A stretch of DNA of 50,611 nucleotides from a virus (IMGVR_UViG_3300010234_000001:1-50611), one strand, 5' to 3'. Positions 7,499 to 17,115 are shown, counted from the first letter of the stretch. The notes: generated by a model not told the origin, from the sequence alone. Made by a program: numbers and translations.

Positions 7499-8677
7499 AT
7501 GAATTATGATTTTCCGACAATACGTCATTTGGATGAAGTTCTTAAAGTCGTAAAAGGAATGAAGGAATTCACCGTCCTGAAGCGGGGACCGTACACGGTC
7601 GTCTCGTATCAGGTTGCGATGCCCGAAACCTTTCCGGACGTAAAGGGCTTCTTCGGGGCTGCGCGCCGGGAATGCCGTGGTCTTATCTTCGATAAGGACG
7701 GAAAAATAATTCGTCGGGCATATCATAAGTTCTTCAACATGAACGAACGGAACGAAACGCTTGAAAAGAAGATCGATCTGTCCCGCCCGCACGTCGTGCT
7801 TGAGAAGCTTGACGGATCAATGGTAACCCCGCTGATTCTCAACCGGGACACATCAAAGGAATTTAATCGCCGCGTATGTTGGGCCACAAAGCTTGGTATC
7901 ACGGGCGTAGCCATGGAAGCGGATGCTTTTGTGCAGAAGTCCAATATTCGGTATAATGATTTTGCTATCATGTGTGATGCGGCGGCAATGACGCCAATCT
8001 TTGAATGGTGTAGCAGAAGCAATAAAATTGTGCTGGATTATCCGGAAGATCAGCTAATTCTGACGGGCATACGCTTCTACAAGACCGGATCATACATTCA
8101 ATATGATCAAATGGTTCGCATTGCGGAGAATTGGGGTATTCCGTTTGTGCAACGGATGGATATCAAAGACATTCATGACGTTTCCGGGATGGAAGGAATC
8201 GAAGGAATTGTAATTCGATTTGATGACGGTCATATGGTCAAGGTAAAGTGCGACTGGTATGTTCTGCGTCATAAGGCCAAAGAAGCAATCAAACAGGAAA
8301 AAAATGTGATTTCGATGATCATTAATGATCAGGTGGATGACGTGATTCCCATGCTGGCGGAAGCGGAAGCGGAACGGCTGCGCAAATTTGGGGTTGACTT
8401 TTGGGTGGGGGTGTGGCAGTATGCTGAAGAGTTGACGCAAATGATTCATCGGATGAAAAATTCGCACTCCCGAAAGGAGTTCGCATTGCTCTACGATAAA
8501 AATATTGACAAGGTGAAAAGATCGATTATATTTGGTTTTTACAATCATGACGATGTTGATCGACATGAAGTGAAAGACAGAGTAATTGAAAATATCGCCA
8601 AAAACTTAGGATCAAACCCTAGAGTCGAAAATGTTCGACATCTTTGGGGTGGCAAACGATGGAGTGATTATGCCTAA
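7499..8677 (+). CDS. rnlA: RNA ligase 1 (T4 RnlA-like)
   Basis: RECRGLIFD, KFFN, EKLDGS, FEW, EGIVI, VKVK..WY motifs. Confidence 0.93.
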   Translation: MNYDFPTIRHLDEVLKVVKGMKEFTVLKRGPYTVVSYQVAMPETFPDVKGFFGAARRECRGLIFDKDGKIIRRAYHKFFNMNERNETLEKKIDLSRPHVVLEKLDGSMVTPLILNRDTSKEFNRRVCWATKLGITGVAMEADAFVQKSNIRYNDFAIMCDAAAMTPIFEWCSRSNKIVLDYPEDQLILTGIRFYKTGSYIQYDQMVRIAENWGIPFVQRMDIKDIHDVSGMEGIEGIVIRFDDGHMVKVKCDWYVLRHKAKEAIKQEKNVISMIINDQVDDVIPMLAEAEAERLRKFGVDFWVGVWQYAEELTQMIHRMKNSHSRKEFALLYDKNIDKVKRSIIFGFYNHDDVDRHEVKDRVIENIAKNLGSNPRVENVRHLWGGKRWSDYA

Positions 8678-9137
8678 TTTTTACATGTTGGTTGGTGTTC
8701 CCGGCAGCGGGAAGTCCTCTTATCTCAAGGAGCGGTTGCTTCGGAATGAGGACGAACGTGATGCCGCTATCATCAGCAGCGATCACACGGTGATGTATCG
8801 CGATTTGGATGATGCTATCAAATGGGGGGACGATATCTTTTGGGATCAGACTAATCTGTCTTATGGCTCCCGGAAGGGCAAGCTCAACAAGATTCCGGAC
8901 AGCTACACGAAGGTTGCGTTGGTTTTCAACACGCCGGATGATGACGAGCTTGAGCGTCGTCTGAATTCCCGCGAGGGAAAGCATATCCCGAAGAAGGTTA
9001 TTAAGGACATGGCCGGTCGTTATCAGCCGCCAACCATTCCCGAAGGGTTTAATCGGGTGGAATTCTATCAAACCAATTTTAGTAACCCCAATGCATCGTT
9101 TGAAGAGAGATTTTTTCTAAACTATGTAGAATCGTAA
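8670..9137 (+). CDS. P-loop polynucleotide-kinase-like protein, stand-alone
   Basis: LVGVPGSGKS, WDQTN, R...R, IP..VI..M, P...EGF; GGAG SD before ATG 8670. Confidence 0.8.
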   Translation: MPNFYMLVGVPGSGKSSYLKERLLRNEDERDAAIISSDHTVMYRDLDDAIKWGDDIFWDQTNLSYGSRKGKLNKIPDSYTKVALVFNTPDDDELERRLNSREGKHIPKKVIKDMAGRYQPPTIPEGFNRVEFYQTNFSNPNASFEERFFLNYVES

Positions 9138-9151
9138 TGTGAGGATTATGT

Positions 9152-9736
9152 ATGAATTATGAGAATGTGATACAAACGTATAAAGGGAATTTATTTGACT
9201 TTGAAGAACTTGATGGTAACGTAGTTGATATTGAAGATATTGCGCATTCCCTGTCTAATCAATGCAGGTGGACGGGACATACAATTTGCTTCTTTTCCAT
9301 AGCGGAACATTCGTGTCGGGTTCATGACAGGGTGTTATTCGATACGGGAGATAGGGTTCTAGCGGCGGAAGGATTAGTACATGATGCACCGGAAGCGTTC
9401 TTCCTAGACATACCTAGACCGTTGAAGAGGCTCCTAGGGGATTACCTAGGCAGACTGGAACACGGGGAAGAGTATGTCATGGGTCAACTTGGTTTGCCGC
9501 ATAAATTATCCCCGGAAGTCGCTTTAGTTGATAATAGAATGCTCTCTACCGAGTATCTACAATTGATAGACTGCGATAATATTATTCGAGTTCCTATCAT
9601 GATGGACTATATGAGGGAATTCCCCCCATACGACAAGGCGGAAGTTAATCTTTCGACAGTTTGGACTCCGTACAGAGCGGAGCAAGAGTTTCTTAACCGT
9701 TGGCGCGGTTATGAAAACTGGAAGGAAAATCAGTAA
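9152..9736 (+). CDS. HD-domain phosphohydrolase (YfdR/YfbR-like)
   Basis: IEDIAHSLS..CRW.GH, SIAEHS, LVHDAPEA, DIPRPLK. Confidence 0.85.
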   Translation: MNYENVIQTYKGNLFDFEELDGNVVDIEDIAHSLSNQCRWTGHTICFFSIAEHSCRVHDRVLFDTGDRVLAAEGLVHDAPEAFFLDIPRPLKRLLGDYLGRLEHGEEYVMGQLGLPHKLSPEVALVDNRMLSTEYLQLIDCDNIIRVPIMMDYMREFPPYDKAEVNLSTVWTPYRAEQEFLNRWRGYENWKENQ

Positions 9737-9758
9737 AATTCCAATTTGTGTAAACTTA

Positions 9759-9786
9759 GCCGTCCCTTCGGGGGCGGTTTTTTTTT
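9759..9786 (+). terminator. intrinsic terminator
   Basis: gccgtccc-TTCG-ggggcggt followed by a T run. Confidence 0.9.
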
Positions 9787-9792
9787 GTTTTA

Positions 9793-9800
9793 CCTAAATA
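9793..9800 (+). promoter_or_regulatory. late promoter variant
   Basis: CCTAAATA right after the terminator, before the late gene block. Confidence 0.5.
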
Positions 9801-9826
9801 ATGATAAGTAAAACAAAGGTCTTAGG

Positions 9827-10468
9827 ATGCTTACACTCAAAGAACATATAAATCTTCAGGAAAGCTCCATACCCGACAAGCTCGAAATGAGAGTATTGAA
9901 TGGCGTGGATGGAGTTAATTCGGCAATAAAACTCCTAAAAGGAACCAAGTCGGATACTTCCGAAATAATGGAAGTATATAAAAATGTTAACCCGGCAATA
10001 CTAAACTACATCAAATCCAATCGCATGATTAAACGGGATATGAACGAATGGATTGCCCATCATGGTCATGGAAAGACGATATCCGACGTGCGAGAGTTCG
10101 TTGTCGGACTGATGAACTATGCGATTAATAAGGTCAATAAAGACATTGTTGATGCCAGAAAACCGTTACCATCGCTGGATGCTAGGTTCGAAGCTAGACC
10201 AAGAAGAAGACCTAGATATGTTAAGGGAGCGTTCCTGCGCAAGCGGAGAACCATCAACTTCTACAAGAACCATCCGAAACAACTATATTATCTATTCCGG
10301 TTGTATAATGCAATCTTATCATGCAAGAGTGGTGGAATAGATGAATCCCGAAACATAGATAAGTTATTGGAAACACAGGACTTTATCACTTCTTCCGACA
10401 AAGGGATCGTTGGAACGATTAAATCCGCGACGGTTAGACGTTATCACGGACATAAAAAGGAAACTTAA
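9827..10468 (+). CDS. hypothetical basic protein, possible internal virion protein
   Basis: MLTLKEHINLQE N-terminus resembles a T4 capsid-targeting sequence. Confidence 0.6.
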   Translation: MLTLKEHINLQESSIPDKLEMRVLNGVDGVNSAIKLLKGTKSDTSEIMEVYKNVNPAILNYIKSNRMIKRDMNEWIAHHGHGKTISDVREFVVGLMNYAINKVNKDIVDARKPLPSLDARFEARPRRRPRYVKGAFLRKRRTINFYKNHPKQLYYLFRLYNAILSCKSGGIDESRNIDKLLETQDFITSSDKGIVGTIKSATVRRYHGHKKET

Positions 10469-10474
10469 TACGCC

Positions 10475-10684
10475 ATGAAAGAAACTCTAACGAAGAAAAT
10501 AGCTAAATATAACAAGAAGAAAAAGGCTAGGAAGTCCACTTACAAGCCTAGAATCACATACAACGTAAATTCCGTTGATTCTATGCTCGCCGGAACGCAA
10601 TTATTTGGGGCGTTTGGAAGAATGGGTGAGCAGGTTTTAGCGGATTATCTCAAGTTCAGAAACAAAGGAACTGAAACAAAATGA
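10475..10684 (+). CDS. small Lys-rich hypothetical protein
   Basis: ORF with ATGA overlap to the next gene. Confidence 0.6.
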   Translation: MKETLTKKIAKYNKKKKARKSTYKPRITYNVNSVDSMLAGTQLFGAFGRMGEQVLADYLKFRNKGTETK

Positions 10685-11523
10685 CACTTCAAGTACCATT
10701 CACACGTAGAAAGGGTCTTGCGCTTGACGCCGTTACGGAAGTCATGCAAAAGAGCCAGCTAGTTCGTGATGCGAGCAGAGCATTGAACGAAGAATTGGGA
10801 ATTCCCGACAGGGAAGCCGTCCCGCATGATGCGCGCTCCGAATATGATGAACTTCTAGAACAAAAAATAGAAGAACTTCAAAAAAAAAAGTTAGATGAAT
10901 CCGAGCAGGTTAATGAGCTTTCCAAGAGAACCTTGGGTCGTTATGTTGATAGGGCTTCTAAAGATCGCGTCGTAAGAAACTATAACATTGCTTCGGACGA
11001 CGAACATTATGATCAAACCGGCAAACGTAAAAGAAGCCTTAAAGATACTGCAACGGATGAAAAAGTTGACTCTAAAAGAGAGCGTGGTATTAATAAAGCC
11101 TTGCGAAAACTAACCCGTGAATCCAAATCGGAGCATCTAGATGAAAATTTAGTGCCGGGCGCACTGGTTAAAGTGAAATCGGGTGTACCTAAGTTCGGTA
11201 ACATGGTGGGTCGTATCGTTAGAAATAACAGAAATCATCTAATGATTAAATTCTCCAACGGACAAACGCATGGTTTATATAAGAGTCAATTAGTTCATGA
11301 AGAGAATCAAATCGATGAACTATATGGTAAAGGCAAGCTTAATGATATTAAGTCCAAGCACGAAGCTGGTGTATCCCAAGCATTAGAAACGGGTGACCGA
11401 AAACAATTGGCCCACCATATGGCAAAGAAAGAAAAAGCATTCAAACTTCGCGCAGTTGCCGGTGATCCGAGAAGAAATTCATTGGAAATGCGAAAGAAAC
11501 TTAGAAAGAAATGGAAAGTTTAA
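10681..11523 (+). CDS. candidate internal head polyprotein made of basic modules separated by I/L/V-x-E sites
   Basis: VNE|LSKRTLGRY, LDE|NLVPG (KOW/SH3-like), IDE|LYGKG modules. Confidence 0.6.
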   Translation: MTLQVPFTRRKGLALDAVTEVMQKSQLVRDASRALNEELGIPDREAVPHDARSEYDELLEQKIEELQKKKLDESEQVNELSKRTLGRYVDRASKDRVVRNYNIASDDEHYDQTGKRKRSLKDTATDEKVDSKRERGINKALRKLTRESKSEHLDENLVPGALVKVKSGVPKFGNMVGRIVRNNRNHLMIKFSNGQTHGLYKSQLVHEENQIDELYGKGKLNDIKSKHEAGVSQALETGDRKQLAHHMAKKEKAFKLRAVAGDPRRNSLEMRKKLRKKWKV

Positions 11524-11529
11524 TAAGCA

Positions 11530-12960
11530 ATGCATCCACGATACGAATCACTTGGCGACATTTTTCTTAAGGAATTTGACTTAGGTGGCGCATTCAAAAG
11601 CATCTTTGGCGGTGGGGGCGGCGGCAAAAAGTCGGTATCTTCCGGTACTGGTGGTGGCGATAGGGTCGCATCATCGCCAAGGGGTTCACGCACGGCCGGT
11701 TCCGCTAACAGATCGGTTAATTCCGGTTCCGGTGCAACGGCCGCGCAACGATCAGGAACTAATGTAGGGGCGGGAACCGCTGGTGGTGACAGTGCCGCTA
11801 GCGGATTGAGAGCTAAACCCCGCACGCCTTCCGCCAGATCAACAGTGGATCGGGCAAAGAGGGGTGCAGCAACTACCCCCGTTAGTCCAAATCTGGCCTC
11901 GCGTGTCAAAGCCCAACAAGCGGCACGAACCAATCCGTCCGGTTCGGTAACTCCAAGTTCCTTATCAAGAGCGGGTAGTCTTCGTCGCGGAAGAGCGTCA
12001 ATGAATGCGGGTCAAAGAGCTTCATCCGACCGTTATTCCGGACAAGCAAGAGCGGCCGGAAAGCCACCAAGTTCTTCCCCTAGCCGTCCCGGAACATCCA
12101 TCAAAGTTACCAATCCAACATCGAATTATCTTTCCGCAAAAAGATCGGCTGCGGTCCAAAGCGATACCAAGAGAAAGCAAGCGGGTGTACGCGGTCGTGA
12201 TGCGGCCGACAGGGGTCGTTTGGGCAGATCGGTTGCCGGAATTGAAGGAAATGCGGCCGGTCGTAAGAGATACGATCCTAAAGTCCGAGCGCGTAATCAA
12301 GGTAACGCTATTGCCGGTTCACTCCGTTTCAATCAGGATCGGGGCAGACAAGCGCAAGGCGATCAAGCGGCGCATGCGGCAAGAACGGCACGAACATCCA
12401 GTGGAAATGCGGCTAGGGATCGGGCGGCACAAGCGGCTGCGCGCGGTCGGAGAACTACTACGAGCGGTGCCGGTCGGGCAAGATTCCATACGGTCAAAAA
12501 GGGTGATACTCTTGGTGCACTAGGAAAGCGATACGGTCAATCCGTTGATAAGCTACGTTCCGGAAATCCTGACGTTGATCCAAGAAGAATGCAAATTGGT
12601 TCCAGAATTCGGCTTGGTCGTCACGGGGCAAGTGGTGGTGGCGGAACAACAACAACCACCACTCCAAAGAGAAGCGTAGCACCACCAACAACAAGAACGT
12701 CAACGCCACCAACCCCTAGAATAAGACCTAGAGGTTCGGTAGCGGATCGTGCCCATTCCGCCGCAATGGCAGCAACTAGGGGAAACCGGGGAAGCGGTAG
12801 TTCACCATCCGGTCAGACGGCCGGATTGGCTAAGGGTTCTAATCCAATTGCATTCTCCAAGGAACATGGAATTACGCTTAAGAGATTCTATGAACTTAAT
12901 CCGAGTGTAAAGGGTAAGGAAAGACGACTGCAAATAGGACAGAAATTGAGATACAACTAA
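11530..12960 (+). CDS. Arg/Gly/Ala/Ser-rich low-complexity protein with two LysM domains
   Basis: HTVKKGDTLGALGKRYG...NP...MQIGSRIRL and KGSNPIAFSKEHGITLKRFYELNP...LQIGQKLRY. Confidence 0.8.
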   Translation: MHPRYESLGDIFLKEFDLGGAFKSIFGGGGGGKKSVSSGTGGGDRVASSPRGSRTAGSANRSVNSGSGATAAQRSGTNVGAGTAGGDSAASGLRAKPRTPSARSTVDRAKRGAATTPVSPNLASRVKAQQAARTNPSGSVTPSSLSRAGSLRRGRASMNAGQRASSDRYSGQARAAGKPPSSSPSRPGTSIKVTNPTSNYLSAKRSAAVQSDTKRKQAGVRGRDAADRGRLGRSVAGIEGNAAGRKRYDPKVRARNQGNAIAGSLRFNQDRGRQAQGDQAAHAARTARTSSGNAARDRAAQAAARGRRTTTSGAGRARFHTVKKGDTLGALGKRYGQSVDKLRSGNPDVDPRRMQIGSRIRLGRHGASGGGGTTTTTTPKRSVAPPTTRTSTPPTPRIRPRGSVADRAHSAAMAATRGNRGSGSSPSGQTAGLAKGSNPIAFSKEHGITLKRFYELNPSVKGKERRLQIGQKLRYN

Positions 12961-13133
12961 TGAATAAAAGATTCGCAAAATTATACGAAGATTTTCTTAA
13001 GGAAAAGAAGATTAAGGGTGTCAAGCCCGATGTTGACGTGGAAACGGAAGATCAACGAAAAGCTCCATCGAAAAAGGTTGGAAATATAACAATTAACCCG
13101 GAATACAAGGGTTCTTACGTTGGCAATCCCTAA
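12960..13133 (+). CDS. small hypothetical protein (57 aa, absent from the ORF track)
   Basis: TAATG overlap; MNKRFAKLYEDFLKE...GSYVGNP*. Confidence 0.6.
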   Translation: MNKRFAKLYEDFLKEKKIKGVKPDVDVETEDQRKAPSKKVGNITINPEYKGSYVGNP

Positions 13134-13137
13134 TTAA

Positions 13138-13145
13138 CATAAATA
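13138..13145 (+). promoter_or_regulatory. late promoter variant
   Basis: Intergenic CATAAATA before a structural gene. Confidence 0.6.
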
Positions 13146-13189
13146 CTTGACTAGAATAGATAACTCGTACAATCGGGAGAATAATAAAA

Positions 13190-13828
13190 ATGCCTCTATG
13201 GTCATCAACGGATGCTAACACTGGTTCGCCAAAGTTTACACCGGCACAGTTCAAGCTAGCAACCACTCAAGCCAACGCTAACACGCTGTTTAGCAACACA
13301 AATCCGAATGTTGTTGTTACTGGCATCAATGTAGGTGTGTTTGGTATTGACACTGACGAAATGCAAGCCATGTCTGCCAATGCGGCAAGACCGGCGCATG
13401 CAGGTTGGGTTGTTCGAACATCCGGACAGGGTGGACGGGCAGGTCGTGTTCATTACGAAACCCTTGTTGCTGGCGGTTCAATCACGGGAGACGCCGAAGA
13501 TACGGTGCATCCGGATTGGAGAATCGTTATTTACGATCAGCCGGAAAGTTCCAATCAGCAAACAAGCAATGCTATTTCATTTACAGTCAATGCAAACACG
13601 GTTCCACCGGGTAAGACGCTACGATATCAGTGGCAGTCGGACGGCGGACCGCCCGCACAAACGTGGGCAAATGTTGCTAATACTGGCGTATTCACAAACT
13701 CAAACACTTCCACTCTTAACATTTCAAACAACGCGCTTCTAGCGGATAACGTATATCGCGTAATTGTTTCAAGTGGTAATGGTGCAACGTCAGTAACAAG
13801 TGCCAACGTTACAATCTCTATTTACTAA
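13190..13828 (+). CDS. virion structural or decoration protein with a C-terminal Ig-like domain (Hoc-like)
   Basis: MPLWS..D, AHAGWV, RVHYETLVA; QP...F.V.A...L.YQWQ...TL.I...YRVIVS Ig pattern. Confidence 0.7.
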   Translation: MPLWSSTDANTGSPKFTPAQFKLATTQANANTLFSNTNPNVVVTGINVGVFGIDTDEMQAMSANAARPAHAGWVVRTSGQGGRAGRVHYETLVAGGSITGDAEDTVHPDWRIVIYDQPESSNQQTSNAISFTVNANTVPPGKTLRYQWQSDGGPPAQTWANVANTGVFTNSNTSTLNISNNALLADNVYRVIVSSGNGATSVTSANVTISIY

Positions 13829-13841
13829 GGGGGATTGAAAC

Positions 13842-14864
13842 ATGACAATCAAATCATTCGGGAAGTTCCTTGACGAAGCGAGAGTAAGACCGGAAACGGG
13901 CTATCCTTCCGCCGAAATTCAGAACAAGAACTTCTTCAAGAATAAGATGGATCGCCGGGAAGTTGTCAATCGGGAGTTGGATATCGTAACCGCAAAGCGA
14001 TATCTAACCCCATACCTTGCGCTGCACGCAATCTCAAAGACGTTATCAATCTTTGGAATAGTTCTTCCAAAGTATAACTTCTTGAATCCGGCAGCGGGAG
14101 AACAGACGTTCAAAGTTAGAACCTATTCACCAATGGGTCAAAATCTTGATGGAACGTTCGATCCTCCGAAAAGTAAAGAAGGTCCGGACTATTACGTATA
14201 CTTCTCTTACAACATGGACAAAGACGGATTTACGGAAGTCTATGCGGAATTGACTGACATAGAAGGTGTTCGTGAAATTCAAGGGTATTCCCCTATTTCG
14301 GAAGAAAATGTTAATGAACTTGCCGGGAAAGGTCAACTAAGAGCTATTGCCAAACATTACGGAGCCAAGTTTCGGGAAAGTGGCAACTGGAATGATCTAA
14401 AGAAGCACAACAGAGCGGCCGGATTATCAAAATTCAATCGCGGTTTCAATCAACAGCCGAGCGTCAAAGGAAAATCTACAATCAAAGAAGAACGGATTGT
14501 TGAACTATCCAACAAGTTGATTGCAAGATATTCTAGAGCCGCTTCGAACGACAGAAATCAGGCCGGTTATGAACAGGGAATGAATGACACCAAGCATAAT
14601 TTCAAGAAGCCAAACCCGGAAAACGACAATCGTCTCCGCAAGAGAGCGAAAGGTTCGGAACTACTGGCTAATCGAATTGCCAAGGAAGACATTCAGGAAA
14701 TTGCTTTAAATCTAATTCAGAGATATGCCGCAATGAAGAAGGCCGATGCAAAGAAGAAGATGCAAAAAGCGCAACAGAATGAAAGCAACACTCCTAGAGA
14801 TAGGGAATACGGAAAAACATCCCTACGTAAAATCTATACAAAGGGTACTCCCGGTCAGAAATAA
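13842..14864 (+). CDS. candidate internal head polyprotein
   Basis: MTIKSFGKFLDE capsid-targeting-like N-terminus; VNE|LAGKG, IVE|LSNKLIARY, IQE|IA modules. Confidence 0.6.
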   Translation: MTIKSFGKFLDEARVRPETGYPSAEIQNKNFFKNKMDRREVVNRELDIVTAKRYLTPYLALHAISKTLSIFGIVLPKYNFLNPAAGEQTFKVRTYSPMGQNLDGTFDPPKSKEGPDYYVYFSYNMDKDGFTEVYAELTDIEGVREIQGYSPISEENVNELAGKGQLRAIAKHYGAKFRESGNWNDLKKHNRAAGLSKFNRGFNQQPSVKGKSTIKEERIVELSNKLIARYSRAASNDRNQAGYEQGMNDTKHNFKKPNPENDNRLRKRAKGSELLANRIAKEDIQEIALNLIQRYAAMKKADAKKKMQKAQQNESNTPRDREYGKTSLRKIYTKGTPGQK

Positions 14865-15257
14865 ATGATAGCAAACTATGATCTGAATGATGAAAATTTC
14901 CTAATATATTCGATGAAGGCTTACGAAAAGCCTAATTGTATCATGTCCGAATTTGACTCTGATATTAAGAGAGTTAAATACGTGAAGAGATTACTAAACA
15001 AATATTTACAATCCGGAGACTTAAAGGAGAGGCTGATACTTAATCATATTATCATCCTCTCCAACGTCTTTGGCGCGGATTTTACTACCCGCATGTTGTT
15101 TTTCAAGCTTGAGGAAGAATATTATTCGCTAATAAAAACCTTCCTGCTATATTTGAACATGATGCCGGAAAGAATAAATAGTATTGAAGGTAACGTAATT
15201 ATATCCAGCGACATTCTCATAGACATGAATGTCGTCAACAAACTAAGAAGGATTTAA
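14865..15257 (+). CDS. conserved T4-like phage hypothetical protein
   Basis: LN.ENF..Y..KAY..P.C...EF..D.KR.KY.KRL...LKERLILNHII pattern. Confidence 0.75.
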   Translation: MIANYDLNDENFLIYSMKAYEKPNCIMSEFDSDIKRVKYVKRLLNKYLQSGDLKERLILNHIIILSNVFGADFTTRMLFFKLEEEYYSLIKTFLLYLNMMPERINSIEGNVIISSDILIDMNVVNKLRRI

Positions 15258-15258
15258 C

Positions 15259-15930
15259 ATGTCAAAAACCTTTCCTCCACAACATGTGGACCAAAGACCG
15301 GATGGTGACAGTAGTATCTATAGAAACAAACATGAAAAGACTATAATTTATAGACATCAAGGTTCTCACCATAAAGCTTTTGGTGAAAGGGATAGTAATG
15401 GAAATTATAAAATAACTTCCGGAGAACATGAAGGTAAGAGAGTACATATAAATTCCGTAGGGATGGCGAATAGAGAAAAAGAACATATAGATCGTAAGCA
15501 AATTATGAAAAACCATATAAAAACTAGAAATAACAAACCAATTCATTATCCGGTTAAGCGAAATAACGTTGATGAAGAAGCTCCAACCAATGCGGCGGGT
15601 AATGGCGGAATCGACGGGATCGGAATCGGTCCTAACGGAGAGCCGGGTATCAGCCGCAAGATACAGAGTATGATACAGAAACATAAAGGTCAGCATATGA
15701 TGCGGAGACGCAAATTTGCGGGTAACGACGTATTTGTTGTTGACAACTCAACCTTCCACAAAGCCACCATGGGTAAAAAGAAGTGGGGACGATGGAAGAA
15801 TTATGTTGGCGAATCCGACATGCACGACGAAATAAAAGAATTTGCATACAAACATCCATACAAACCAATAGTGCTGCAAAACGAAATGACGGGGGCTATG
15901 CAGTATCTAAGATACGGCGGAAAACAATAA
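15259..15930 (+). CDS. hypothetical protein, possibly a processed head protein
   Basis: VDEE|APTN..G; KFAG..VF.V...PI.LQ.E.TGAM.YLR C-terminal domain. Confidence 0.65.
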   Translation: MSKTFPPQHVDQRPDGDSSIYRNKHEKTIIYRHQGSHHKAFGERDSNGNYKITSGEHEGKRVHINSVGMANREKEHIDRKQIMKNHIKTRNNKPIHYPVKRNNVDEEAPTNAAGNGGIDGIGIGPNGEPGISRKIQSMIQKHKGQHMMRRRKFAGNDVFVVDNSTFHKATMGKKKWGRWKNYVGESDMHDEIKEFAYKHPYKPIVLQNEMTGAMQYLRYGGKQ

Positions 15931-16796
15931 TGGCTTTAACATACGAACAAGTAAAAAAAATTGCCGGATCATTAAATTCGGCCAATGGCAAGAAACACAT
16001 AATAGAAGGTTTTGTCGAGTATTTTAACAAATACGCGGAGAGGTACGGTATTACCACATACCTAAGAGTATGCCACTTCGTCGCGCAATGCGCGCACGAG
16101 TCGGCCCACTTTAACACGCTGGAAGAATACGCTTCGGGTAACGCCTACGAAGGTCGTCAGGACTTGGGTAACACCAAGCCGGGTGATGGGAAGCGATATA
16201 AAGGGCGTGGCGTCATACAGCTTACGGGGCGTTACAACTATGCGGAATTCAGCAAGAATACCGGATTTGATGTTCTAAATCATCCGTTAAGAATGCTGGA
16301 ACCGGAGTTATCCGTTCTTGCCGCTATGGAATATTGGAAAACGAGAAACCTTAACAAGCTTGCCGACAAGGATGACGTTAAGGGAATTACCAAGAAGATT
16401 AATGGTGGATACAATGGACTTTCGGATAGAAAAAGATATCTGGCGGTAGCGAAGAGCGTTTTCAAGAACGCTAACTTAGACTTTGAAGATACGCCACTTT
16501 CATTCGGTATCCGGGAGATTCAGGAAAAACTCCTAAATCTTGGATATGACGTAGTTGGAAGCGCGGATGGAATTCGCGGACCAAAGACTGATGCGGGAAT
16601 TCTCACATTCAAGAATGAACAAATGTCGGTGGATAACATAATAATTGATCAAGACTTTATTGAAGCTCTCGATCAAGGGAAACATAGAAACAACAAAGAT
16701 GAAGAAGATAAAGATAATATCAAAGATGATGGTTTACTGACAATGTTGCTGAAACTATTCATTAATGCTATATCGGCCCTGTTTGGAAGACGGTAA
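15930..16796 (+). CDS. GH19-family endolysin with a C-terminal peptidoglycan-binding-like domain
   Basis: FVAQCAHES, YEGR.DLGN..GDG.RYKGRG.IQLTGR.NY, INGG.NGL.DR; IQEKL..LGY...DGI.GPKT. Confidence 0.9.
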   Translation: MALTYEQVKKIAGSLNSANGKKHIIEGFVEYFNKYAERYGITTYLRVCHFVAQCAHESAHFNTLEEYASGNAYEGRQDLGNTKPGDGKRYKGRGVIQLTGRYNYAEFSKNTGFDVLNHPLRMLEPELSVLAAMEYWKTRNLNKLADKDDVKGITKKINGGYNGLSDRKRYLAVAKSVFKNANLDFEDTPLSFGIREIQEKLLNLGYDVVGSADGIRGPKTDAGILTFKNEQMSVDNIIIDQDFIEALDQGKHRNNKDEEDKDNIKDDGLLTMLLKLFINAISALFGRR

Positions 16797-16804
16797 CCCA
16801 ATTC

Positions 16805-16812
16805 CATAAATA
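16805..16812 (+). promoter_or_regulatory. late promoter variant
   Basis: Intergenic CATAAATA. Confidence 0.55.
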
Positions 16813-16848
16813 CTTGTATAAAAACAAGAGTACCAACCGGAGAGTATT

Positions 16849-17115
16849 ATGACCAACAGCAACAATGGTGTTGTCAAAAGGCAATTATCCGACGCGGAAC
16901 TAACCCCCGACGAGAGAAAAGAGCTACGGGAACTTCTTGAAGTTCTTAGATTCGAAAAAAAACTAGCCGACAGAAACCTTAAGCGTTTCGCTTGGATTAA
17001 AACTGGTGCGGGTTGGTTTGTCGGTGTCATGACCGCAGTGTATATTTTTCGAGATACAATCGGAACTATCATGGCATTTTTTAAAGCTGGTTTCAAATCA
17101 CTAGGCGGAGAATAA
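16849..17115 (+). CDS. holin-like single-TM protein
   Basis: Next to the endolysin; one C-proximal hydrophobic helix. Confidence 0.5.
   Translation: MTNSNNGVVKRQLSDAELTPDERKELRELLEVLRFEKKLADRNLKRFAWIKTGAGWFVGVMTAVYIFRDTIGTIMAFFKAGFKSLGGE

Noticed and set aside
9152-9736. DatZ of a 2-aminoadenine (Z) genome pathway
   Set aside because: There is no purZ or mazZ in the window, and a generic HD hydrolase explains the motifs.
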